From contig NW_026862474.1 of assembly GCF_026571515.1 (NCBI RefSeq), forward strand, positions 434,001 through 498,000: 64,000 nt of DNA. Reading direction: 5' to 3'. Within the stretch, counting starts at the first letter, position 1. Each line of letters opens with the position of its first letter. The notes under the pieces were generated by a model. It was not told the origin of the DNA. It saw only the letters and a list, made by a program, of their open reading frames with translations, and made no database searches. Origin of the DNA: Ruditapes philippinarum. Taxonomy: Eukaryota. Positions 1-10,944 of the stretch are shown one piece after another. The position numbers were made by a program, and so were the translations under genes.

Positions 1-733
1 ATGGATAGCTTTATATCAAGAGGCAGCTTGGGATTGCTACCGAGGTGTCTGTGATCTAGGTCAAGGTCACTGTTACTAAAAATATAAATTCAGTTTCCAC
101 TCAATAACTTGAGTTTGCTTTGGCCTATTGACACCAAACTTGGTGTGTAGGTAGCTTATATCAAGAAGCAGCTTGGTATTGCTACCGAGGTGTCTGTGAT
201 CAAGGTCAAGGTCACTGTTACGTAAAATAGAAATTCAGTTTCCGCTCAATAACTTGAGTTTGCTTTATGTATTGACTCCAAACTTGGTGTATGGATAGCT
301 TATATTAAGGCAGCTTGGGATTGCTACCCAGGTGTCTGTGATCTAGGTCAAGGTCAATGTTACTAAAAATACAAATTCAGTTTCTGCTCAATAACTTGAG
401 TTTGCTTTGGCCTATTGACGCCAAACTTGATGAATGGGTAGCTTATATCAAGAGGCAGCTTGGGATTGCTACCTAGGTGTCTGTGATCAAGGTTAATGCA
501 TTTAGTTTTCATGTTATAACTTGAGTTTGCTTTGACCTTTTGTCACCAAACTTGCTGAGTGGCAGCTTTGGATTGCCACTTAGATATCTGGGAGCAAGGT
601 CAAGGTAATTTGCTTACAATAGAATATTCAATATCTACTCAATAACTTCAGTGCACTTTGACCTATTGATTTCTGTTACATCAAAACTTGGTCGTTGAAA
701 ACCTGGTTTTCGTCGCATTGCGGCGCTTCTTGT
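1..733 (-). mobile_element. Non-autonomous Helentron/HINE-like element with ~146-bp internal tandem repeats (partial, runs off the window start)
   Basis: ~146-bp units (agcttatatcaagaggcagcttgggattgctac...). Reverse complement of the array at 44864-46276, including the terminal ACAAGAAGCGCCGCAATGCGACGAAAACCAGG sequence ending at 733. Confidence 0.8.
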
Positions 734-1989
734 ATTTACATATTGTTATATACTTATTTCAGGGTGTTGTTTGAACCTATAGAATCTACTTTTTGTAACA
801 ACCTTAATTGAAGATTGGATGATAGAACTTTCCAGCTGTTGTTCAAATGATTTAACAATCCCGAACTTACTTGACCCTCAGGGGCTCAGATAGTTATATT
901 TACATTGCGCCGAACCACCCCTATAACAATATATTCTAATATCAACAGGGAACGTGTTTTTATGTTTGACTAAGATACAAAAGAGAAAGAACAGCAAAAC
1001 ACTCGGCAATCTGAATAATACTCGGTTGGGGGAGAGGGGCGCTACGCACCCTCGTACAAATCAGATAGCTTCGTGTTTCGATGCTCTTTCTATAACATAT
1101 TCACCTTTTGAAACGATTCAATACAATGTCTACATTGAAGTTCGTTACGAAATCAATTAAAATAAAAAAAAGTATTATTCGGCACATGTTTACAAGGTGG
1201 TCATTTGTTGTCAATTGTTAATTTCTCTTAATAGTTAGAGACCGAATACATAAAGAACAAAAACTATAAAGAGAAACCTGCAACTGTGTTCGTATACTTT
1301 GGAAATTAAACGCAGCTTAATTAAGCAAACTAATACCGCACGTGTTTGTGATCATTTTTACTGAAACTATTTTTCAGTGACCGGGGCTTGCTTGCTATTA
1401 TTCATTTACCACTTTATAACCTATATTTTAAATGTGAAATTACTATACTTGTAAGCTTTTCTAGAAAACTACAGTGCTGTTGTTTCTTTGACTTTTTGAA
1501 AGATATTTAGGGCAAAAATGGTTCTGATCATACGATTGCTTTATTCTTTCTTGGAATAGCAAATGGTTACTGGTTCTGCGCTACACTAGCTAAGCATTGA
1601 AAGTAAACGCATTAATTTTTCTAATGTTGATAGAAAAAATCAACAAGATAAGGCAACGTTTACATAGCACAGCCCCGACACAAACCAACCTGAATGGTAC
1701 CGAGCTAGACATATGCAAAATACACAAGGGCGGATAAAGGGGTACATGCCAATAAGTGACAAGTTATTGAGAAAAAATGAAACACAACAAAAATGGTGAA
1801 CAACTTTCAGAGAAATGAAAACATTTATTTAGAAAAAAGGTTTATTCTTGTCCAGAAAACAAGTAAGTCGGGTACTGAAACATTTTAAACCAGTAAATAA
1901 CCTAAAAGAATATTAAAATGGCGTATTATGTCACATTTGATAATATAATTGTCAGAGGGAGTTCTGCAGACAATGATGTAATTATTTCT

Positions 1990-3598
1990 CTATAATTCAT
2001 TATGGTTTTCGTATCCTTTATGTTGAGCAATTTTCTGCATCAAGTTCTGTAAACAGTGTTCTACCGTTCCGGCTCTACTTTCATAGAAGACAGCTTCCGC
2101 TTCCTGTGTACATGGATGGGTGCACACTCCCATATACTTCCATTCAAAACCTTTGAACATGCCTTGATAACACCAGTTTATAACACAGCCATTGCCATGT
2201 GGTATCTGTAATTATTAAGATGATTTCATTTGGGCGGAAATCCTCGGACTTTAACTTGTGTAAGAAACGGCTTATAACAGGAATTTAACATAATAAAAAC
2301 AGATAAGTAAAAGTGATAAGTATGGTGGCTGATTTGTGCCATTCTTGTGACCCCGCCAAGCGAAAAGCCGATAATTAACAGATTAAAGGACACTGGGGAG
2401 TCGGGCAAAGTTTAATAATTAAAACTTTGCCCCGCGGGGTGCAGAACGAGATTTTAGAAATTCAAATGACGGAGGCGCGGAACGAAAACACGCTTATTAG
2501 CGAAGGCGCGGGGCGAAGATTAATAATTTAAAATAAAACTTCGCCCTCGCCACGCGACCCCGCCACAAGCGAAAAGTTGAGATTAAACAAGTTAAACTGG
2601 CACGCTAATTAGCGGGGGCGCTAATCTTCCTGTGTTAATTAGCGTGTTTTCGCTCCGCGCCCCTTTATTTCTCAAATCTTGCTCTGCGTCCCTGCAGGTT
2701 TTATCAAATATACGTCGGCCCGTACCACTCGCTTATAAGCGTGTTTTTGCTCCGCGCCCCCGCCATTTGATCTTGCACATGTTGATTCTCGACTTTTCGG
2801 TTGTCGGGGTCGCGGGGCGAAAACACCAATGGCACAAATCAGCCACCATAGCTTAAATTTCTAACGTACAGAAATATTAAGACTTACCATAGATACATAG
2901 TTTATCAAATACTTGTTAGCGGTAATGTCACTTTACAAATATTTTATGTTTAAATACAAAGCAAACACTGCCCAAAATCCTTTTCCCATTTTAACCGTTT
3001 TTCATTTATTATATACATGTAATGCTTCTGCTTGTGTCATTACAAACTGTCAATATATGTTTATACATCATAAACCGATTACAGAAGAAGCTCGTATAGT
3101 GTTTTTCTATTCTAAAGTTCGCATAATAGTATAAACTCACCTGGCTACAATTTTGCGTCCCAAGCTTTCCAGCCAATTCTGTTGCAGTATCTAGTACTTT
3201 ATTAAGTCCAGCTAAAGATGCGCCTTGGGATAAAATATAGAGAAAAAGAAATGCAAAAAGATCTTCTCTAAACATTAAACTAATTCATTCAAGCTGTTAC
3301 TGGTCAGGTTTGAATCTTATGAATGCCATGGAATTAATTTGTTGTTGTTGTTGTAGTTAATCATTCACAATAGAATCAGTTAACTTTAGGGAAATTAAAA
3401 CAATAAACTATCACTATGTAATATGTAAGCCCCTAGCTGCCATTTGCTTGCTTGATATTTGTTTGTAATAACGACGTTAATGGAAGAAAGATAGTACGTA
3501 CCGGTTATTGTTAACACAAATATCACTGTAGATAATTTTCCGTATGCATTACCAGCTGTCACCTTCTTCACAAGACGTTCAGCTAACACGCCAATCAT
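1990..3598 (-). CDS. ALF-like secreted protein 1 (anti-lipopolysaccharide factor-like). Model: join(3598..3502, 3223..3141, 2205..1990)
   Basis: Exon 3 (acceptor tacag, phase 0): IPHGNGCVINWCYQGMFKGFEWKYMGVCTHPCTQEAEAVFYESRAGTVEHCLQNLMQKIAQHKGYENHNEL*. Exon 2 is 83 nt, the same size and phases as in paralog 2 (GASLAGLNKVLDTATELAGKLGTQNCSQ|gtgagt). Exon 1 is uncertain: either 3598-3502 (ends ...KLSTVIFVLTITG|gtacgt) or an ATG at 3275 reading into exon 2. WKYxG and SRxGxVEH motifs match ALFs as I recall them. Confidence 0.75.
2321..2850. mobile_element. MITE in the last intron of ALF-like 1
   Basis: Perfect 23-bp inverted repeats TATGGTGGCTGATTTGTGCCATT (2321-2343) and AATGGCACAAATCAGCCACCATA (2828-2850); the outer TA may be the TSD. 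GC-rich interior with internal repeats and no credible ORF. Confidence 0.8.
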
Positions 3599-5048
3599 TT
3601 TATATTATATATTTTATAACATTATCCTCCCAAAGATTTTACGTTTTATCATAGTATTCTAAACCCGAAGTTACTATTTATATATAATAACACTAATGCA
3701 CTATTGATCGAAACGTGCACTGGACCGTCAAATTTAAAGATCCTGTATGTTTTGTGATTAATATTGTTACTGTGTGTATACCACACTTGCAAAAAAATAT
3801 ATATGTATATAATTATGCAAATAAAACAATTTTCAAACATCGAAGAATATGTAAAATGTGTATTGCAAATATTTGTGCACATTACATTTAATCAATAAAT
3901 TATATGCATTCATTTCTTATTGGAAAATTTGACTGACAATTTATAGAAAATGAATTTCTAATTACCTCCCTTTATTTACATGAAATGTTAAATTCGGTAA
4001 TATCTTTATAAATAATGCTTATTGGAACTTACAATATTGACAAATCTTAATTTAAGCATCATATTTATGAAATAAAACCAGGAAAAAAATATGTTACAGG
4101 ATCTTTAACATTACCTCGATCCGAGAATACATATCGGGTAGAAATTATTGGGATTCCATTAACTATAAATAGATAGTCGTGTTATTTTTGAAGCGTATGG
4201 ATTCCAACAGTCATTGGATGGATAACAGTCACACAAGGGGAGATAATAAATCGCAGGTCTTGTTTTCTTCACAAAAAGTCATGATTGCGTGTTTGTTTGC
4301 TTGGGTTTTGGGTTTTCTGTTTGTTTTTCATTAATGTATATAATTAAAAAATTATCTGACCTTTATATTTTTATATTATCAACCGATTTTATAATTGAAT
4401 ACTAAAAATTACATAATGCTCCCAATACCTCATTTGGTATGACGGAGTAAGTTAAGAAATGACAAAACTTTTTTATCTTTCGTTTTTATTCGTATGCTAT
4501 ACTTGACAACAACTGTCCCTTTATTACAAATATGTCATTATTACAGCTATCTCTTGAATATATTTAGGTATCATAAAAACATATAATTAAGAACTTTACA
4601 GTCTCAATAGTTTCAGTATTTATCATGAAACTTATAAATTAATATAGACAAACTTATCATACAGATGAGTTGATATCAACATTTGTAGCTAAGAATGATT
4701 GAAAAAATAACTAAAAAAATCTTAGTTGATTTTTAAATCTATATCTGCTGATATTTGCCAAACTTTAAAATCAAGTAATGTAAAGGATATACAAACATAC
4801 TAAAAGCATTTATATACTGATATGCATAATACAAAATATTATATGAATGTGATATAAAAGCAGTAGAACGATCTGTTCACATTTTAAAATATTTTCTGCA
4901 ACAAATTACACTGTAATCAATGCATGCCGAGTAGGAAATAGATGGTAATTGAAGAACATATGCAAAGGTGAATATTTAAGATAATATTTCTGTTCTCTCT
5001 CTTTGTTGTTGTTGTTTTTCTGTGTGTGGGGATTTTGCTATCATCTTT

Positions 5049-7106
5049 TTATAAATCTCCATGTCTCGCAATTTTCCGCATTAGGTTTTGTAGGCAGTGT
5101 TCCACGGCCCCGCCTCTGCTTTGTTTGAAAACGGTTTCAGTTTCGTGTGTGCATGAGTCTGTACATACACCCATATATTTCCATTCTATTCCGGCAAGCA
5201 TGCCTTGAAACGACCAGTTTATGACACAACCGTTTCCCCGTGGAATCTGCAATTATTTTAACAAAGCAATGAGATGACACAGTTTTGAAATAACCTACAA
5301 GTTATCCTTTTTATGTTTTGTACACTTGAACATACCATTCTAAGATCATTGAGTGACATATTCTTGAAAAAAGCAAAATAAGAAAAAAAGAAGGTATTAT
5401 TTACTGCGATTTTTTACTTGCTTTTTAAGTCATGTGCATCATAAAGTGTGGATTAAGCCAATGTTTTCTTTCAGTATAAATAACATTAACACAATAACCA
5501 ATTGTATCATAGCCTCCTACCTGTCCTGAATTTTTTGTCCCTAGCGAACCCGCAATGTTTGTCGCCATTGATAAAAAGTCCTCTAACCCTCCATGTACCA
5601 TGCCTACAAAATTGACAAAAAAATCAGTTAATCCAAGTCTTTCTTATTCGTAAACTTCCAGTCTTTTTTCTTGTTCAAGAAGTTTATATCGTTAAAAAAT
5701 AATTAATTGACCGAAAGTAAAATCCATGCGAAATCTGCCTTTTGGTTTCCCAAACAATTTAGCAACATATATGTACGGAGTTAGTTAATACAAGTTTATT
5801 TTATATATAGTTCGATTGTGTTGGAAGCTATACGGTTCTTGAAACGCTCTCCCTGGAACCAACCAGTACTAAGCAATGAATGTAAAGCTTTTTTCTCAAG
5901 GGAACAATGGCTTGTCCCTGACAGGGTTTGAACCCAAGCGGTCAGCAATCCTTAGATTTCTAGTTTCGACGCGTAAACCAACGGCCACGTCGCGTATGGA
6001 GTTAACTTAAAACGAAAAAGTTTAAGATGATAATTTGTCAAAAGTTTTAGAAAGTCATTTTTTAAATTTTAAAAATGAGTTTCAGTATAGGTTTTTCGGC
6101 ATGATGAGACTGACAATTGAGGACAATTTGATGTAGATGCAAATGTTCATGTTATTCTGTCATCATATCTTTCATTTTGGTATTCTTGTTCTGCAAAATG
6201 GCCTATAGTGAAAAGCGCTGCAAAGCTTTATACTGCTATCCAAGTAAGAATCACAAAAAAAACAAAATCGATTTTCGATTTAATGCGGATTATTTTAGTA
6301 TATTTCTTTATTATCTTTTGCAGAATTTTCCATTTAAGTGTTTCGCTTTTTGTTTGTAAGATTTTTATATTTTCAGTTCAGTGATTTTATCTCAGACTTC
6401 ACAGTTGTTTTCGTTTTCAATACATGATCTGCTTGTTTTATGAAAACACTATATGTAAATCAAAAATAATAATAACTGTTTCGATGATATCTCATAAAAC
6501 CTAACATATTTTATTTGCAAATAACTTAAAGACTGCTTTAAAAAGAAAATAAAAGGAAAGAAAATAATCTACTTTGGAAATAAAATTAAATGAATTAAGA
6601 AGAATAATTCATTGTTCTAAAGCACAAAAAAATTGCATGTTCAATATTTTATGAATTTGTTTCTTATTTAAACAAAACACTTAATACAAGTCCGTGTTTG
6701 TGTAATTGTTTGACGTTTAGTTTGTTTTATTTGTAGAAATTATAAAAAGTACAATGAAGGTCTGTTATAATTAAAACTCTACAGGCTTTAGGTAATCACA
6801 ATATGAATAAATAGTTTCATTAAAAAAAAAGAAAGACCAACTTTACTTGTCCTGTCATAGGCAAAGCGACTTCCAATACGCAGTCTATTCGTTCTTATAT
6901 TCAAATTAGACATAATTATTCAGTAAGAATTTTATGTTTCTAAAATTTCTGTGATTGAAATATTTTACTCAAGATGAGCACAGTATATCTTTTATCTATT
7001 TTAAGAATGAAAAATAATTGAATTTTAACATACATGTACATAACATAAAACAAAACTTACCAAAACCTAACAGTATCACTAATGCCGCAACAATTTGTTT
7101 AACCAT
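5049..7106 (-). CDS. ALF-like secreted protein 2 (108 aa). Model: join(7106..7061, 5603..5521, 5246..5049)
   Basis: Spliced product: MVKQIVAALVILLGFGMVHG-GLEDFLSMATNIAGSLGTKNSGQIPRGNGCVINWSFQGMLAGIEWKYMGVCTDSCTHETETVFKQSRGGAVEHCLQNLMRKIARHGDL*. Canonical GT/AG sites (gtaagt, ttgtag, gtagga, ttgcag) with compatible phases 1 and 0, a clear signal peptide, and clear paralogy to the gene at 1990-3598. Confidence 0.85.
5841..5994 (-). mobile_element. tRNA-derived SINE (degenerate) in intron 1 of ALF-like 2
   Basis: On the - strand: A-box-like TGGCCGTTGGT and B-box GGGTTCAAACCC, followed by a non-tRNA body (...cccttgagaaaaaagcttt...gcttagtactggttggttccaggg). Confidence 0.6.
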
Positions 7107-8423
7107 ATTTGCTGAGCTTTAAGGTACAGTACGCTCCCTACGCTTGCAGTCAGGCGGACTGGCGAATTATTTTGCTCAAGCCTTTTTTGAGACTTGAATA
7201 CTCAATTACGCATGCGCAAGACCGACGAAATTAATGATAGTTTTAGGAAAATTTTACCATCTGCCATGTTTTAATATGACTGATGCAATAACCTTGAGAG
7301 TGTTGTTTGATTATATGAAGCAAAAGGGGCGCAAGATGTTTCAGAAAATGATTACTCATCTCATCGCTTAGTGAAGCGGGAAATTCATACTACTTGAATC
7401 ATAATATATGCAAACTCTACATTTTGTAACTATAACAAATTGCTACGTCATGAAAAGATATAAAGACCATGCAGTACTTGCTATTAATATATAATGTTAT
7501 TTTTTCACTGTTGTGATTTTTTCTCTAATATAAGACCTTCAAATATCTCAGCAGTGGGTTTCCAGGAGGTGGCCATGAAAAATGATCAACATAAGTTAGG
7601 GAACTATTTTACTAAGTTGAGCTTAAATAAATATGTTTATAATAAACTAAACTTAAATTTGCTTTTTTAACTAATCAAAACAGCATAATCAGTGTTTATA
7701 TAGACCAAGTGCTTTAAGACATATTTCTTTGATTTTATCTTTTAGTTTTTATATCATTTAATAAAATTAGGAAAAGGGAAAGTGTTAACAAATAATTATT
7801 TAATTCTTCTCCTTTTTCTCCCTTTTCTTTTCATAATTATTATAATAAAAATTACTATTATCTTAAATGATATCATGACTGTTATTATTAATATTATTCA
7901 GAAACTAAAGTTTAGTAAAACATTTCAAAATTAAAGCGGATTTTATAGTACTTCAAAGATATAAGGAAGTAATGAAGTACATATTAACATATTAAAATGA
8001 GGACAACACACAGTTGTTTCGAAATACAATTGCACAATTTACCAGTTTATTATCGCTTCAATTACACGTTATCTATGCAAACATAATACATAAAGATTAT
8101 TTTAAATAACACGATACATTTAGATGCAAGAACAAAAACAACATTAATCTTATATTCATATATAAACTATATGTACGTAAATAAACCTTTTTTATTACAA
8201 TCATTTTAAACTGATATATCGCTACATGTATGCAAAATAAATAAATAACAAAGTAAAACTAGGTTAAAACATAATCTGCAATGAAATATCCTTGTTGTAA
8301 ATTATCTCTCATTGAACCTCTCATGATCCGTGATAAGGTACTGATAACAACGTTTGAAAGATAATCAGTCAAAATACAGAACGTTATTCGACTCGCATAG
8401 TTTAGAACTATAGAACACGCAAT
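7107..8423. promoter_or_regulatory. Putative divergent promoter region between ALF-like 2 and the cGLR, with kappaB-like and C/EBP-ATF-like sites
   Basis: The two ATGs point away from each other (7106 -, 8424 +). Motifs: GGAAAATTTTACC ~7246, TGATGCAAT 7281-7289, GGGAAATTCA 7378-7387, GGGTTTCC 7556-7563. These are short motifs with unproven function. Confidence 0.35.
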
Positions 8424-10944
8424 ATGGATAAGTTTGAAATATTACGGAACTTCGCTTTACCTTTTTATTCGTGTAATGATATCCAACTTTCAACAAGTGA
8501 CGTTAATGATGTGAATATGAATGAAATGAATTTCAGACAATTTTCGGAGCAGTTATTATGTTTAGATGATAAAAGACTAAATCGGATTTTAGATGATATT
8601 GATTTAAAACACAAAGTAAATGAACATGATCCGAAAACAGAAGAGATCGTCACAGCGACAGAGGCTCTTGTTAATGGCATACTTCAAGCTGCTGGTGAAA
8701 TTGACCCAAGGTTTCAGTCGAGATGTATTTATAGTGGTAGTTATTACGACGGTCTTAAAGTTGGAAGTGCTGACGAATTCGATTTTGTAGCACGTATTAA
8801 TTCTCTATCGAAACCAGGCGTTCTTGAAGCAAAACGATCTGCAAGAAAGCGAGGATTTGTTTATCTGGTAGTAAAAGATGTATCACTCATAAACGAGTTC
8901 GAAGATTTCTTAACGTCGCCAGATGATGATCCATGCTTAGATGAGAACGATGTGATATTAAATGTTGATACATTTCAAGATCATTTTCAAGATTTGATAT
9001 TTTCTGCTATAAATTCTATTGACATACCAGATAGCTTCATTCCAATCGAGAAGTTTGACGAAGATACCGAAACTCAACCATCCTGGCGACCTATTCGTAA
9101 CGGACCTTGTGCAACACTACGACTTTCCTATATGTGTCAAACTACGCAGGATGTTGTTGATCTCGATATTGATATTGCACCAAGTATTGCATATCCGGAA
9201 ATACATTATAAACCAATTGTCTTGGAAAAACTAGAAAGTCTGAAAGATAGAAACTCATTCCTGGACATACTTGAAAACATTTGTTTTTCCACAGAAGTCA
9301 TGCTTGTTCCATTTCGCTTTGACTATACAGAGCCCTCAGGTAAATCATCTTGGCACTATCATTATAGCAACACTTGGAGAGTATCTCATTCTTCTATTGA
9401 AAAGGCCGTATTTTCTTTATTTGGGAAAGACAGCGTTGAAAAAAAGCTTTGTCGAATACTGAAAATTTTGAAGGAAATATACCTGCAAGGAACTGAAGAA
9501 GTTGAAGTACAAAGTGATTCACGACGTTTAAAACTACAAGAGCCGCCGAGTACAAAACTTAATTTCTGCACTATAGAACCAGTGACAAGCGTTTCAGAGG
9601 AATATTTATACTGTTCAGATACAGATTCTGATGAACAATCGGGAAGTTTCGATGGAGAAGGCAATTTCTCTTCTGAAGACAATTTAATGGTGCAGGAAAA
9701 TGAAAACACTTGCGAATTCGAAGAATATGTACAGGATGAGAAATGTGATAATATTGAACCAAATACAATTATTAATCAAACCAGAAGTTTCAAAGAATCA
9801 AATAGCCTTAAATCAGTTTCCAAGTGACGAATGACCAAAAAGTGTTGAACGTTATCTAACAATCGCCAATCTGAGGATTCCTTTAAACAAATTCTACAAG
9901 CAATCTCGGTTGCAAGTTCCATTAAAGTCAACAGGATGGATAAAAGCAATTTAAGAACTATCAAAATCAGGTCTGAGGTGAGTCTAATATTGACCAAAGA
10001 CTGGAGTGTCCAATTTAATTTCATATTGGAAAAACCCAGATATCAATGCGAAAGAGAAGAAAGTTAATCGTTTGGAGTTTTTAATTTCCATCAATCAAAG
10101 TTTAACATGAATGGAAATGGGGCTGTTAACCCAAAAAAATATAGGAACAATGGAAAAAATATGGGTTAGAGACCCATTGATTAGTTAAAAAAAATAAAAA
10201 CATTGGGGCCCAAATTTAAAAAAGAACGGGGGTGAAAAACAAAAGGGTTCAGATCAATTGCAGCTAACGTGTGATGAAAATGATGAAATAATCTACGGTC
10301 AAAAATCAGTAAGTCATGCACAATTCTCAACACCAGATGTTGGAATAAGTCCATCAGAGAGCAAAATAGAGGAACAGTTAAGTAGTATTCCAACTCAGTC
10401 AGAGATAAGTAATGTTACTGAACCAGAAATGAGCAATATATCAAATTATGATTATAAAAGGAAGACACCATGTTCAAATGATGAAAAGAGTTTTGAAGAT
10501 TTTGAATCGCTTGCATCATCATCAAATATATATAATGAATCTTTGAATCATGGCTATTTAGAATCAGACAAACCCTCTGGTATTTTATCTGATGCTTTTA
10601 AGTTTGAACAAAGACAAAGTAAAGATAACAAAGGACATGAAATATATTATAGAGATTCGAAGCCTCTTTTAAAAACATATATGATAAAAATGCTATTTTT
10701 GGCGATGAAAACTGCATATCCCGATCAAGAAAGCTGGGAACCAAATCAGCTTTCAGTTCTTTTAAAGATGGCACTGTGCATGATTTATTTTGCCCACAAC
10801 TGCAAGGAAAAGGGGATTTTTAACTTCTGGTTCCAGGATTTAATTGAAAACCGGACAAGAAAATCTACATGCGCAGAAGTTTTATATTGCCTTGACCAAG
10901 TGGTCATGTATTTTTCCAAAATGATTCAAGATAACGGCAACTAG
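8424..10944 (+). CDS. cGAS-like receptor (cGLR, Mab21-family nucleotidyltransferase) with a long acidic insertion; frame interrupted between 9827 and 10258
   Basis: ORF 8424-9827 contains YSGSYYDGLKVGSADEFDF (GS loop plus ExD), DLDIDIAP (third acidic residue), WRVSHSSIEK and LCRILKILKE. ORF 10258-10944 ends in the Mab21 C-lobe (LLKTYMIKMLFL...W...L...GIFNFWF). The intervening segment is homopolymer-rich and has stops, so this could be an assembly error, an intron or a pseudogene lesion. Confidence 0.85.

Noticed and set aside
3224-3275. ORF-track N-terminus MFREDLFAFLFLYILSQ as the definite signal peptide of ALF-like 1
   Set aside because: The hydrophobic codons coincide with a polypyrimidine tract ending in an AG at exactly the paralog's exon-2 boundary. 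It is kept only as an alternative start.
1990-5246. One gene with two tandem ALF domains (scygonadin-like)
   Set aside because: Each domain exon ends in its own stop codon and has its own upstream exons.
8424-10944. Bacterial CBASS CD-NTase operon or contaminant
   Set aside because: The motifs are of the animal Mab21/cGLR type, and the neighbours are spliced genes and eukaryotic transposons.
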